Below, piece after piece: positions 31,433 through 46,664 of a stretch of 64,000 nucleotides of DNA. The notes beneath the pieces were generated by a model. It was not told where the DNA came from, searched no databases, and saw only the letters and a program-made list of their open reading frames with translations. Within the stretch, counting starts at the first letter, position 1. Each line of letters opens with the position of its first letter. The stretch lies in contig OZ024742.1 of assembly GCA_964016885.1 (NCBI GenBank), positions 155,000,001 to 155,064,000 of the forward strand. Direction: 5' to 3'. This DNA is from Eledone cirrhosa (Eukaryota). A program made the translations under genes and the position numbers.

Positions 31433-34050
31433 GTATTTATATGTGTGTATGAGTCAGTATTTGTATGTTTTGATGACAAAACATTTGATTAGGTTTTCAG
31501 TGATATATGTCTATCACTATCCTATACAATTCTGAAATAATGTCGTTTACTTCTTTGCAAATTATCTACTCGATAACTCATTGAACATATCGAAGTATAT
31601 TATTAATAATCATATTTCCACAACCCACATGTCCAAATAATAAAATTGGGGCTTTAGATTTACACCCACATAAAGAGTATAAAATAAATGGTTTATTATA
31701 ATATCTCCAAAATATGTTTGAACAATCCTTGTTTTATCCCATTTATATTAACGGCTAAATTATTGGGATCTGAATACTGAGTGGGGATATAGTCTACATT
31801 ATTGTATCCTTTGTGTTGTCTATTTCTACTACTCCGCTGCATCAGATATAAATAGTACTTTATATTCAATGACTACTCAGATCTGTTGTGCATTACATTT
31901 TTTTATTAGTATTTACAACCACACCAACTAATAAACAGATTCGGAATCGATTTTTAAAAATCTGGACTGAAATATTGGAATTCTTGAAATTCCAATAACT
32001 TCTTTGATGTAACAATAGAGAAACTCAATTCTTTGTGGCTAGGATAAAACCAAAGATTTTATATTGTTTGATGATATTTTAATCATAAATTTCGAAAGGA
32101 CATAATCATTGAAACTTGAATTTCCAGTAATTAATGACCTAAAACATCAGCAGGTAATTTAAAATTATAGATAGATACATACACAATCATACATATATAC
32201 ATGCACACATATCAACACAATTACAATGGTGCACCCACGCACACAGACGCATGTATATATGCACATACACACACGCACGTATACCGTCTTACACATTCAT
32301 ATCATAAACAAAGAAAGAGTGAGAATAAAACAAAGATATGCATAGCATATACCTATAAATATATTGTGTATACATAAAGAGCTATATAATATACATCTGC
32401 ATTGTCATATCAATACATATCAATATATAAATGTGTATACTCTTCTATGTACATATATATATATATATATATGAATGAATAGCCACGTGATCATAAACAC
32501 ACCTATTTATTCAGAGATACATCTAACGACAATAATTCACTTTTTTATTGTTACTAATGTCTGCAGAAATTCCTATAGCAAGGAAATGAACTGGAGGTTA
32601 AAATAAAATCAATGACTAGTGTCCAACAAAAGGGGTTAAAATTCGTTTATATATGCGGCATTAGAAGTAGTCACTGTCTCATGCTATCTCATCGTTTATT
32701 ACTTTGTATTGAAAGACAGTAAAACGCTGGCCTGATTTATTCAAAAATAGTATTTTACGTTAACACATACTGCGCCAATCTAATGTTTAGTTCTAAGAAC
32801 TATCGATTTGTTTTGTTACTATCAGCTGAAATGTTCTTTATTGTTATACCTATTCTCCCATAGTTTGAAATCTACCCCAAATTCTCGCATAATATACGGT
32901 CACAAGGTCTGATATTTAAGAGAAGTGTCGTGTGGATATGTTATTTTCACGCTTTTTGATAAATATTAACAATATAATTCAGTTGTAATATTTATCAATG
33001 AAATAATATAGACAATGATTCACTCATACTATTTGACTCTATATCAGCAATACACAATTATAAAGTGGACCTGGTGCATATTTTATGATAACCAATGGAA
33101 CTATATTTAGATTGTTGTCTAATTTGAGTATATTTATGTATTAACAGAGATGCATAATCTTCATTATATTTTTTAAATCGTGTGTCAATAAAAGGATCGG
33201 CAGTTTATTTGTTGTAAAAGCCGTACGACAATTCTTGTTTTAAAACCATCCTTCTTATAAACACCGTATCTAGCTACAGAAAGATATTGATCGCCTGCAG
33301 GTTACAGATGAATTGAAAATACGTAGAGTTTATGACACAAATTCTTAGAATGAATCTCAGCAATGCTGTTAATGCTATTGGGAAATTTGGAAGAATCTCA
33401 TTATCAGTACACTTAAAATCAAAACATTCCGACAGACATAATAAAACGCAAAGCCAAATCCGAAGAAAGTAAGAACAAAATCGAATAATTCACCATATAA
33501 ACAAACTCATAAGGTTATCTATATCAATACAAATATATGAGTCGAAAATATATAACAGAATTATAATTTATGTGATCATAGAATACATCCTATCAGTTAT
33601 ATAATGGGAATGAATAGTAATATATACGACCATGACAAAATTGAAAGTTATCTTACCAACTATGCTGTTGATAACATTAACATATATATGTCTATTTATA
33701 TGATAATGATACAGGTATATGAGTTTAATAGCAAATGTGAAATTAATAAGTGAAGAAAATACACGCCAAAAGTAAATTGATTTGAAAATCGAAATACATA
33801 AGCCCAGGGAATGGGGTACTTATTTACTTTGTGTGATTTCAATCGTAGTGCTTGAATGAATGGAAAAATCAAATGAATTTAGACATTTATCGAAAAAAAA
33901 ACGCTTATGAATTAACTATTGATTTTCATTTTAAATATATATATTGGCATTAATTCTAATATAATTAGACTTGATTATTTCCTAGATTAGAGTGCACTGA
34001 ATGTAAATATTATAAAAGAAATGAAACCTTCATCAACATTATCGATTACG

Positions 34051-34103
<53 letters not shown>

Positions 34104-34108
<5 letters not shown>

Positions 34109-34600
34109 GAATTGGTGCTCTGAAATAGCGATATATATATGAATGTATATATAGTGTATTTTGCAATACACAGTATGCTTAATTAAAATCATTCCGAAGA
34201 CCTTACGCTATTGTTTTAGAGTAGTGACAGTCTCACTTAACTTAAATTGTCAGCAAACAGGGGAGATAAAGCAGACTTGTTAGTACTTATCAAAGCTAAG
34301 TACTACACCTGTTAGCTGAAAATCACGAATGTTTGATTCTTATAGAATTCTAGTAATAATCAGGAACTGATTATACAGAGCGTTTGCCGGTCAAGCAGAA
34401 ATTGAAAATTAGAATTGGTACTCTGAAATAGCTATATATATATGAACGTATATATAGTGTATTTTGCAATACACTGTATGCTTAATTAAAAGCATTTCAA
34501 CGACCTTACGCTATTGTTTTAGAGTAGTGACAATAGCGTAAGGTCTTCGAAATGCTTTTAAATGAGCATAGAGTGTATTGCAAAATACACTATATATACA

Positions 34601-34612
<12 letters not shown>
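34104..34612. repeat. Tandem (~303-bp period) plus inverted repeat cassette between (TA)n runs, pLTR-like
   Basis: 34104-34229 is repeated at 34407-34532. 34529-34612 is the inverse of ~34435-34517. Confidence 0.85.
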
Positions 34613-34642
<30 letters not shown>

Positions 34643-34660
34643 TATATATATATATATATA

Positions 34661-34846
34661 CGAGTGTCGGCTGAAAAGCTCATAGGCTAACCAAGATACT
34701 CTCGTGGAATGACCAAATGAACCTTATTTTCCAACATAGTATCTGGAAGAAACAATGCAGTTATTAATAACAGTGGAAATTCATGATTTCACAGTTGTAG
34801 CATCACTCCTCCATATTCAGCCAATGAATGTTTCAACCAACCCTCT
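34661..34846. mobile_element. Tc1/mariner-type MITE
   Basis: Imperfect TIRs cgagtgtcggctgaaaagctcataggct / agccaatgaatgtttcaaccaaccctct, with TA on both sides. Confidence 0.7.
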
Positions 34847-34984
34847 TATATTTATGCAGGATATCGGTAGATAAAAGGCCATGAAAAACAATGTTCAGTC
34901 GAGTACAAGGGGGCTTGTTTAGTATATATTAAAATGTATACACTTGACATATATACACGACCTTAGGCTTTGGGTTCCAGTTAT

Positions 34985-35880
34985 AGCGATCACTCTATAT
35001 TGGAGCTGATGAAATCCTTCCAGAATCTCAGTGCTCTCTTAGAAATGGTAGGGGGAGAATATACAGGATATTTACGGTGACATAGTTGCAGCGGAAATGC
35101 ATTGAGCAGATGATGGTCGTGTATCAATTCTTTTTTTGATCTGAAAAAGGCTTTCAATACAGTGAATAGCATTTCTCAGTGAAAGACTAAATCGAGTGTC
35201 CTATAAATTAGTTTCTATGCTAAGAAGTGTTCATGATGGAATGAAGGCAAGAGTCAGCGTAAGAGGTAAGCTATCCGATCCCATTGTGGTTGAAAATGGA
35301 GTTAAGGAAGGAGACATTTTAACCTTGAATCTATTTGCGATATGATTTGCTGATTTTCTTTGAATGCTGTTCGCATGGATTTTACATTAGATATCGAAGA
35401 GCAGGTAAAATGTTCATTGTCAGAAGGTGTTTTGCTATAACGAAGCTATTTGCATTACTAATGCGGGAATTTCTGAATGTTAACAATGGTGATCTTGCTG
35501 CGCACTCTGAGAGTAACGTGCAACACCTCATGGATTATGTCTCGGAAGCATATAGCGCATTGGGCCTATCAATAAGTATACAAACCATGGTGATGTACTG
35601 ATCTGTACGAATCAAAGCTTGCACTTTGATTACTTTATATGTGTATGGCCAGATATCGTCGATAATCGTGGATAGATTTGTAACATTTGTAAAACTGGAC
35701 AGTACTGTAAATATGACCAATAATCTTCATGAGGAAATTTACTTCCAAATCGAGAAGGCAAGTGATGCATTTGGAAAGCTGGATGGACATCGTATGTCGC
35801 AGCATGATATTTCCGTTGAGAGAAAGTTGCATCGTGAGACCCCATCGTTGCCGTGATGTGGAAAATTGTATGGTTTCTTG
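34985..35880 (+). mobile_element. Degenerate RTE (BovB-like) LINE RT fragment
   Basis: FFDLKKAFNTVN, SMLRSVHDGMKARV...SDPIVVENGVKEGDIL, DLAAHSE..VQHLMD..SEA..ALGLSIS, IEKASDAFGKL. Confidence 0.85.
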
Positions 35881-36574
35881 ACGGGATAAAAAAAGGCCAC
35901 GTTCTTACTGCTCATGCTTAAAAGGAATTTAACGCTATTGCATTGGTTACAATCGCATAGTGACCATCCCATATATGTGCGCGTGATTGTCCGTATGTAC
36001 ATGTGATTGTGCACGTATGTATCTGCACATAAATGTTTGCATATTTGATGCGGAAAGACAATTCTAAATTTTAGAACTGCAATATTCTTATAAAATAGTC
36101 AGGCATTTATTTTTAGTGTATATCTTGCTAGAATTTTGCCATAATATTAAATGGAATCTAATTTACCTTCTTTTTGTCTTCTGACATAAAATATGCGAAA
36201 ACATTAAATATATACACATAAAGAGCGAGAGAGGTGTGTGTGTGTGGGGGGGGGGGGGGGCAGAAACAGTTAATGAAAGAGATGCAAAATAAAGAAAATT
36301 AAAATATGAAAGTATGTTGAACAAAAAGATTTGTATTAGAAATCGAATATGAAAATAAACAAAATACGAAATGAATATATGTCCATTGAAGTATGCAAGA
36401 AAGACGTGTTAATTGTGCAAGTGATATAAAGCAACGTGATGCACATCATCATCTTCGTTAACATCGTAATACATAAAACAGTCTTGCCATCATTACAAAC
36501 ATCAAAATAATAATAATTATAATAACAACGATAATAATGATAATAATACTACTACTACTAATAATAATAATAAT

Positions 36575-36706
36575 AAAGGCATGCTTGCTGGGAAGAGCAA
36601 CAACCCTCCGATACGTCCTGAATATCTGAGGCTGCAGGTAGTGTCTTGATATTCATTTCAACCAACTTTCATGTTAAATAACACCAATGACTGAGACTCA
36701 AAGAAC
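36575..36706 (+). mobile_element. Dong/R4-type LINE extreme 3' end in a (TAA)n array
   Basis: KACLLGRATTLRYVLNI* resembles the R4/Dong C-terminal K..LLGTA.ILR.VL motif. (TAA)n on both sides. Confidence 0.65.
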
Positions 36707-36743
36707 AATGATAATGATAATAATAATAATAATAATAATATTG

Positions 36744-36776
<33 letters not shown>

Positions 36777-37319
36777 GTAATAGTGTTACAAAGCCATCAC
36801 TATCAGCACCATCATGAACATCATCAGGATTCCTTCCTCTTTATTCTTCATTCTACCACATTTCTCATTCCCCACTCATCATTATAATAGACACAATATA
36901 ATTAATATTATTCCGAGAAATAATAACGTCAAATTTCTTAATAGCCGCAAGAAAATCTAAGTCGTACAAAAGGATAATGTCATTATAAAAAAATAAACAA
37001 AAATAGATAAATATAAACAAGACGATTGAAATGCTGATAAGCTTGTAAAAATTTCAACAACAAAATCCCCCAAAACAATAACTATTAACATCATCATCAA
37101 TAAGAGAATAATTGAATAGAAAAAATAGCGGCAAGCACTGCTAGAATTACTACTAATGATTTCTTAATATTACATTTAATTATAACGATTTGTACAAGTA
37201 CTAACTATGTATTTTGAAGTATGGCAACATCAAAAATAACACCAGTATCAACCATATAACCGCCACCACCATCACTACAAACACCACTAACACCACCAAC
37301 ACCACTACTACTACTGCTG

Positions 37320-37393
<74 letters not shown>

Positions 37394-37553
37394 TAGACAG
37401 ATTTATAACTATATCAAGATATTCAAATGTATTCAGCATACAGAAATAGTACTGCAAGGCAATACGTATACATAAACAAGAATTTTGTCCATACAATAGA
37501 AATAGCATTTTTATTAAAGAATTGTTTGTACGCGAAACAGTGTATGCTCCTGT

Positions 37554-37745
37554 CGGTGGATTGGCAGTATCGGTAGAGGGTCGGACGCCATGCTTTGCAG
37601 CAAAGAGTTACGGCCCTCTATAGTCTGAGTTCAAATCCCGCCAGGGTTAACTTTGCCTTTCATCCTTACAGAGTCGATAATATAAAGTACCAGTAATGTA
37701 CTGGGTATTTGCTGGCCTTGTGCCAAAAAGTAGAAACAATTATTT
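37554..37745 (+). mobile_element. Nin-domain SINE (short-tail form)
   Basis: Same head, B-box and core as 31131. Confidence 0.9.
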
Positions 37746-38222
37746 GCGTTTCATTCAGCAAAATACCAACAAAGCAACATTAGAATGTAACATAATTTAA
37801 GCATTACTAGCAGGTATGAAATACAAGCTACTTAATGGGCAGAGCTCATGGAACGGAACATGTTATAAAAATAGATACATTTTATAAAACGTATAATATA
37901 TAGAGAAAGCCTGTAATCGGAAATATTTATGTATATAGTAAAATGGCCGAATTCTATTTTTCGCTATATTGCCTTTTCTTACCTTTTAAGGATGAGCTGA
38001 AACGTAGTAAATCCATTAAAATATGAACGGCGAACGTAAAGAACAGTGAAATAGATTTTAAATATTTCGAAAAAGTTCAAAACAAATATGTAATTAAAAA
38101 AATGATTAAAAAATTGAAAGTGCTGAAATAATGATTTGTGAAAATGGGCAACTACCTTGATTTGAATTCTGTGCTATATATTGAAACAATATTTTTCTCA
38201 TTTCTTTCAAATTATGTTTGGT

Positions 38223-38821
<599 letters not shown>

Positions 38822-39147
38822 AATATTTTGGCAACGAATGTAAAATTAGTTTGAACTTTTGTGAGTGAGCGAATAAAGAAAGATTCAATGTAAGTTTAAA
38901 GATGGAAACAAAAATAATTAGTGAAATTATGAATGGTGAAGTGAGGAGTAACAGAAGAAGGATAGAATTGTGTATAGATAAAAAACAATATTGAAATTTC
39001 ACACTTAAGAGAGACATCCTTTTAAAATATATATAGAATTAAATTTGTGACTATAATGTTTCACATTGATTTAGAATGCTGTTTAGTAATTTTAATCACG
39101 CACACACACATGCAAACATACACACACACATACACACAGACGCATAC

Positions 39148-39180
<33 letters not shown>

Positions 39181-39502
39181 CATATATGTATATATATAGT
39201 GAATCTGTGGCTAAACAACATCAACAATAAATGCAACAACACACATTAGAATTGTATATTACACTACCGACTGTACGTAAGGTGTTACATAATATATTTT
39301 CTTTTGAAAGGAAACAAAAAGAATGGGAACTTTATAGATATTTGTTTACTGAACATTTGCATATATATTAATGTTAAAATCGTTAATATTATATCTATAT
39401 ATTTTTGTATCTTCATATGTACCCCAATAACTATACCTAGAATTATATCTCCTCTATATATTTATAAACTCAAACGGACACAAGCACATACACACAAATA
39501 TA

Positions 39503-39572
<70 letters not shown>

Positions 39573-39699
39573 CTGAAGGGATATTCAATTTGTTGGTAAT
39601 TTATCAAATATATACGTTTGTAACTGATTCAGAGCACTCTATTATATATATATATATTTCTTTATTAACGATCAACTTTTGTCAAATCGGACCTATGAA

Positions 39700-39882
39700 A
39701 ACAATGTTCCATTGGTCTTTACAATTGCTAATACTATCTAGCGGTCGCAACTCCAGGTAGAAGGAGCAGTGTGAAATAAAGCGTCTTGCTTGAGCAAGAC
39801 ATAACGCATCGCCTGGGTCTGGAATCGAAATCACAACCTCACGATTGTGAATCCAATTCTGTAAACACTCAGCCACACGCCT
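39700..39882 (-). mobile_element. tRNA-derived SINE, second family (CORE/V/Meta-like core)
   Basis: Minus: ggcgtgtggctgagtg...gaggttgtgatttcgattcc...gcgttatgtcttgctcaagcaagac. Same family as 57263. Confidence 0.8.
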
Positions 39883-39967
39883 TCACATACACACGAACAT
39901 ACACACACACACACTTACACACACATACGCACACTCAAACACATATATATACATACATATATATATG

Positions 39968-40023
<56 letters not shown>

Positions 40024-40039
40024 ACCTTTCCGCTTGGCA

Positions 40040-40313
40040 CAGACATACAATACATCAGGAGGAAACATAATAACACCACTGACGATGTTGCAGATGCGCA
40101 ACGAAAGAGCTTTGTTAGACTATATATATGTGTTTGTGTCTATATTATATCCGTGTTTTTGACCGTTGGTCAGTCAATGGTACCATTGCGGACAGAATAA
40201 ATTAACTGATATAAAAGATACAGAAGCGAAAACCAACGAAACATTGAGTGTGTTCTGTTATTAATTCTGGCAATATTATTACAACATTATGACTCTCCCC
40301 AAGTATGACAATA
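40040..40313 (+). mobile_element. Solo pLTR of PLE family A with hammerhead (40071-40117)
   Basis: Matches ~712-993. CTGACGA-t-gttgca(gatg)cgcaac-GAAA-gagc-TT. Ends at gtatgacaat(at)n, tail-to-tail with the next element. Confidence 0.85.
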
Positions 40314-40325
40314 TATATATACATA

Positions 40326-42710
40326 GTGTTATGCTTTGGGAGGGTCATGTTTCCAATAAGAAACACACGCACCAGTTGCTTTCATTTCAATTTATTATAA
40401 ATTAAATTCATAAATTCAGGAATTTATAAATTTCCGGTTGGTTGGCTGGATCCACAACCAGATGATTCTTCATATATTGTCAAAGTTATTTCGTTACACA
40501 TTATGTGACTTCTTCTGTGACTGGGGATTATTTTCTTTGTTTTTGTGCCTCTCCTTTGTTCTGTCCTACGCTATCTTGTTTGTGTGTGTGTTGTGTGCTT
40601 AGTTTGCGCATATGTTACATCCGGGTGTATGTGTGTGTTTATATATGTTTATTTATTTGTTTATTTACATGTTACTGGTTGGTTGTTTGTTCTATGTGTG
40701 TGTGTATTTTCATGTTGTCATTAATTGCAAATTGTGATGTTGCTATCCCATTCATGTGTTTCTATTTAATTTTGGTTGGAGTTCATTTATGTTTAGTGCC
40801 TCTGTGATTTGTCTAAACATTGCGTCTTTTCAGTGTATAGATTCTATTTTTATTTCTATGTTCTCTAATTTATCCTTATGTTCTATTGTAGCATGTTGGT
40901 GGAGTACAGATGATTCTTTTCTATCTTGAAGCTCTCGTCAGTGTTCATTTATCCGTTCTCCTATACTACGAGCTGTCCCACCTATGTACACTATATGTCT
41001 ATCTCTACATTGTCCTTCAGTACATCTTATGCTATATACTACATTTCTAGTTTTACAGTTATTATGGGGGCTTAGTTTACAGATTATACATTTCTTATCT
41101 ATACAGGGGGGGGGGTCTTTGAAAAGGGTATGTATTGCTAATAAGTGTTTTTATAGAGGTACCTGGTCTTTCTACTATCTTTATATTGAGTTTATATATA
41201 TCTAGGGCCCTTCTAAATGTGTAAGCTAATTCACCTCTAGGCTTTGTATTGATGAACATTACAATCTGGTATTTATTGCTATCATACCATGAGTTTATTC
41301 TATTAGCCTTATTCTTAGTTATTTCTATTCTATTCCAAACTTTGCTCCTATACAAGGGGCAGGTCCCATTTGTATCATTGTTTACCATTTTTTACCATTT
41401 GGTTCTGGCTCCTCTATATACTCTGATTTTATCTCTCCGATTGTAAGTAACCAGAGAACTGCATACGGTGGATTAAGTGTTGTATGTGTCTCTCTTGTTC
41501 TTTGGGGTTGCACATTCGGGACACGTGTCTCATCACTCGTACCAAATCCGCAATCAGTATGCTGATTTTGGTGTCGTCCGAAACAGCTGAGTTTCGGTGG
41601 ATCAGATATTTAGAAGTCATGGGTTTGGCATAATGGGAAAGGAGGATTAGTTTTTTTGTCATTAATGGTTTCTAACCAGCGGTCTGTGTCTAGTACAGGT
41701 AATCGATGGTTGGGGTGTTTGCTTGGGTAGTCTATAGTAACTCTAATACTCTGGTGGATGGAGTAAGCTATTTGCTGGATGCTTTCGATAGTGTTTTTCT
41801 CTAATTCCTGACTGTTCTCTCGTGGGGGTGTTTTTACTACGATGTTCTATCATCTACGAAACGGGAGTATATTATCAGGGTTAAGAGGTTGCTGTCTTCT
41901 AATTGTTCTTTAAGTTTAGGTTTAAGTCTATTGTCCCACCATACCATGAATAGGTTAGCTATGTCACCTGCAATGCTAACACAAATGGTTGCTCCCTCCT
42001 CTTGGGCATATGTTTTTCCATTAAATTTGAACATATGTTCCTTAAGGGTTAATTTTATACTCTCCCACACCGTATGTGCAATCATTTCGGGGGTCCGTAT
42101 GGCTCTGGTCCACCCGTTCCATTTATATGTGTCGGTTTTCTTGGCCGTTGAGATAATGGTAGGTGATTTGCCTCTTGCTGGTCTTGTAGGGCACATGTTG
42201 CTAAGGTCATATGTATCTAGATAATCATTACGATAGGTAAGTTTAAGTAGGAGTCCCAGCTCACTGGTATCAATCCACACGGAATTCAACATTGCTCTCA
42301 CTAATCATTTCTACGCATTTCTCCGCAGCAAAATTCACGTCAATAGATGGATATAGGGACACAACATCCATACTACCTATTATGCAGTTTGTTAGGTCCC
42401 TAGATCGGTTACTTTCGCTGATTCTGCTGAGGAGGTCCTCCGTGCTGTCACATATATCTGGGGACATTTCAAAGTATGATCAGGGAGAAACTTTGACAAT
42501 ATATCAACAATCGTCTGGTTGTGGAACGAACCAACCAACCGTGAATTTTTAAATTCCTAAATTTTTAAATTTAATTTATAATAAATTGTGAAAGCAACTG
42601 GTGCGTGTATTTCTTATTGGCAACATGACCCTCTCAAATCATAACAATATTGGTTTCAACCCACGTTTTCAGATAAAGAATTTTGCTAAACAAATTCAGA
42701 GATATATTAG
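40326..42710 (-). mobile_element. Penelope-like retroelement, family B, 5'-truncated with inverted pLTR; decayed RT-EN frame ~40745-42467
   Basis: GSMDVVSLYPSID, YSRFVDD, HYAKPMTSK, RMQFSGY, NVVYSIRC, YIG. pLTR 40326-~40700 with a mutated hammerhead at 40479-40521. Inverted pLTR 42487-42710. Confidence 0.92.
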
Positions 42711-42867
42711 ATATGTCTCATTTGAAATAATACAGCCAATTTTCCACGCAATACTTTTAGTTAGCACCCCGAACACATAATTGGGAATATAATCACTTAT
42801 TTCCTAATGTTTGTTGAGTGAGTTGGAATTTGGCCGGAGTATCGCTAAAAAGCTTTCTCCGATATTG

Positions 42868-42915
<48 letters not shown>

Positions 42916-43245
42916 TATATAGTAATAATAATAATTTGAAGACTAAAATCCAAATATTTATTAAAATAACAGATTAAAGTTTAAGCAAAAATCGCTGCTT
43001 TCACCCTTAACGGGATCTTCTGAAACTAACAAAGTCAATCTGTAAAGTCTTGCCGTAGTTAACACATTATTCATAAATTTCTATTTTCCGTTCTTCGAAG
43101 TATTTTACCGCTAATGTAATATTTAAAAAAAATGTAAATAGATGTTTACTCGTGAATATATACTGTGTAATTAATTTAACTCTAGCGAAATGTTTACTCC
43201 GTGAAGAAGATCCGTATACGACCGACAGGACTTTTTAAAAAATAA

Positions 43246-43619
43246 TAATTGTTTCTAAATATCCCATTGCATTACTGGTGCTTTATTTTATCGACCCCTT
43301 AAGGATGAGAGGCAAAGTTAACCTCGGCGGGATTTGAACTTAGAGCGTAAAGGGCCATAGCCCTATGCTGCAAACTTGGTGGCTGACGCTTTACCGATAC
43401 GCCAATCCACCGCCCTTTAAACAAAAACAATAATTATTTCTACTTTTGGGACAAGGCCGACGATTAATCCAGTGCATTACTGGTACTTTATTTTATCGAC
43501 CCCGTAAGGATGAAACGCAAAGTTAACCTCGGCGGGATTTGAACTCAGAATGGCAAGGGCCGTAACTATGCGTCGAAGCATGGCGTCCGACTCTCTACCG
43601 ATACTGCCTATCCCGCCTT
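43246..43619 (-). mobile_element. Two tandem Nin-domain SINEs
   Basis: 43246-43415 and 43430-43619, each with head, B-box and core. Confidence 0.9.
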
Positions 43620-44550
43620 TAAAAAAAAAATAATAATGAAAACATATAATATGCGTCATTGACCAATATCGTTTCGTTTCTTTGTTTTATAATTATTTCT
43701 TGTTATTTTAATGAGGTAGGAAATAAAGATGTTAAAATTAATGTTGCAATTACAAAAACGATTAGATAAAGGGAGGAATTGGAATGGAATGTTCTTAATA
43801 TACATGTCCCAATAGTTCATTTTTCTGTATTGTTTGCAGCATAAACATTTATCATCAGAATAAACGTCGTTCGGTGACAAGTCTTATAATATACCACGAG
43901 GAAAATCTCTATTCCCCAAACATGCAACACATTATCAGAAGCCACATGATTTATAGAAGGGACAGATTAAACTTTATTTTACGTAATAAAAGCGGATTAC
44001 ATGTACATACAAGTGTGTATCACTTGTGATGACGTATAAGAATCCTTAATATTACAATTCATATAAATCGTTTTAAATCCTAAGTATTTTGTATTGTTTT
44101 CCTTTGTTATGGGTTTCAGATTGAAAGAAGTGTGTGGATTTTGACGATGAGAATGGGTATATTCACCATTGCTAAATTGGATGATATCCAGGGAACGCAA
44201 TATATAATGTTATAGAAATTGGTGTATATATATATAAAGCCTTTTGCAACATTCTTGACCTCCAAATATCATTACGGGATATGTCAATTGAATCGAAACA
44301 TCATGGATAATTATTTTCTTCTTCGTGTTCTTTTTCTTTCTGTTCAACGTTTCGCTGCGTGAGGAGGTCAGCCATAACAGATGCAAAACGGTTATATCCG
44401 AAATATATATATAACAGCAATTATGAATAAATGAAGTGAATTATTATCCGCTGACTTGTACTTCATGATTATAATTATAGTCTGGAGTAATTCGGAGGGT
44501 CATCTACCCTGCATACAAAAGTGTCATTGATTAACTAACGCATGCGTTAT

Positions 44551-44633
<83 letters not shown>

Positions 44634-44743
44634 ATGTGTGTGTGTGTATGTGTGCGTGTGTGTGTGTGCGTATGTGTGTGTGTGTGTGCGTGTGTGTGTG
44701 TGTGTGTGTATGTGTGCGTGTATGTGTGCCTGTGTGTATGTGC

Positions 44744-44816
<73 letters not shown>

Positions 44817-46475
44817 ACATGTAGTATATAATTTAAAACACATTTTTAATGTTTAATATATTTGAAAATATATTACAATCGTAATTGATTATTTCGAAAG
44901 TTTAGTTTTAGTGTGTATGTATTAGGAAGAAAGTGCAGTTATAGAGATTTTAAATGGGAAAACTGAAAATGTGAAAATGGGGAAATATAAGGAATATTAT
45001 GAGCTCATTGAAAATCGTTCCTGTATTCAATTAAACTAGGATTAATATTATACGACTATGACAGGATAACTAAGTAGGTGTTATATGATATTCTCTTCGT
45101 ATATATATATATATAGAGAGAGTGTGTGTGTGTTTCTGTCTGTGTACGTGTGTGAGTGTGTGTATGGTATCCCTATTGACTCAGATTAGATACCGGAGTT
45201 TTGACATTTCATATGGAAGGTCCAATGAAATTATTTATTCTGTTTAACTTATTCTTGACAAGATTCCTGTAGACTGGCACGGAGAGCGCCATTCCACCTT
45301 CGCCCTTTTGAAATGAGGTGCATTTTTTGCAGACTTCTGCACGGACTATGTTTTTCAAGAAAATAGGTCCTTTATGAGAAATTGGTACACTGAATCATCA
45401 AAAAAGTCATGAATCGTCAATGTTGTTACATTCTCTACCCCTCGATATTTTGTTTAATTCCTTGTTTCTTTTTAAACTTTGCGCATATATACCTTATATA
45501 ACCTATTACATCTAGAGATATCATGAAGAACACCGTTTTTGCGATGAAGTCGATCGCACAAATATTGAACACACATATTATCACCAACAAAACAAAACAA
45601 TAATTTTAAAAAAGAACAAAATAAAGATAGAAATTTGCATTAAAAAATGCAATTGTGGTACGATCAATTAATAAATTAAAGTACAGTGTGCATCAATAGT
45701 GAATTTCAAATGTATTTGAGGAATACATAATATACAACACCTCTTATGTTCAATTCCTAACCGTAATAATGGTATTTATATTCCTGAAAACATGCGATTT
45801 CTTATTTCTTAATCTAACACATAAAACTAGTTATTAAGCAAAAACAAATCGCCAGAATATATTTCAAAAATGCTTTAAACAATGTTTGTTTCTCGAAATC
45901 GCAGCGGCGCTGTTTTTGTAGTTCTTGAAATTATGAAAGCCTACATCATAATTGGATCAATTAAGATTACTCATTTAATTAGTTGCGAAAAATGCACTTC
46001 TATTATACTTCGACAACATTGTGTAAGAAAATTCGAAATAGAAAATTCGAACTGATTTGCTGTTACACTTATTAAATATAAGACTATGACGGAAACATCA
46101 GCAGTATGATGTCAATATAAAAATGACGATGCTTGAGTTAAGCCACTTCAATTTATTTCAATAATTATGTGAATGAAGAGTGGAAATAGGTTAAACCTCT
46201 AAAAGACAATAATAAAAATATACACAAAGATTAAAGCAACTCCTTGGCTTCCTATCAGCTGTAAACAAAGAGCTTTTATATAAATTTTTAAAATGTCACT
46301 GGATGTTAAGTGAAAAAATTGACGTTCTTCAGCATAATTTATGTAATTTGAAACGATTATCAAGTGAACTCAAGGAGAATCAATGGATTTAAAAATATGT
46401 TTGATGACTATAGGAAAATGAGTGTAATTTAATGTGCATTATTTTTATTATGATGATGAATCAATTTTTATCAGA

Positions 46476-46664
46476 GCGGTGAATTGGCAGTATCGGTAGA
46501 GGGTTGGACGCCATGCTTTGTAGCATAGTTACGTCCCTTTACAGTCTGAGTTCAAATCCCGCCCAGGTTAACTTTGCCTTTCATCCTTACGGGGTCGATA
46601 AAATAAAGTACCAGTAATGTACTGAGTAATTGCTGGCCTTGTGCTTATAGTAGAAACAATTATT
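46476..46664 (+). mobile_element. Nin-domain SINE (short-tail form)
   Basis: As for 37554. Confidence 0.9.

Noticed and set aside
24900-33500. Possible host exons or a decayed transposase (e.g. AVGGKHMVVF on minus at ~25210-25240; donor-like CAG/GTAATT at ~32153)
   Set aside because: No sustained open frame or second supporting motif. A BLASTX or RNA-seq check would be needed.
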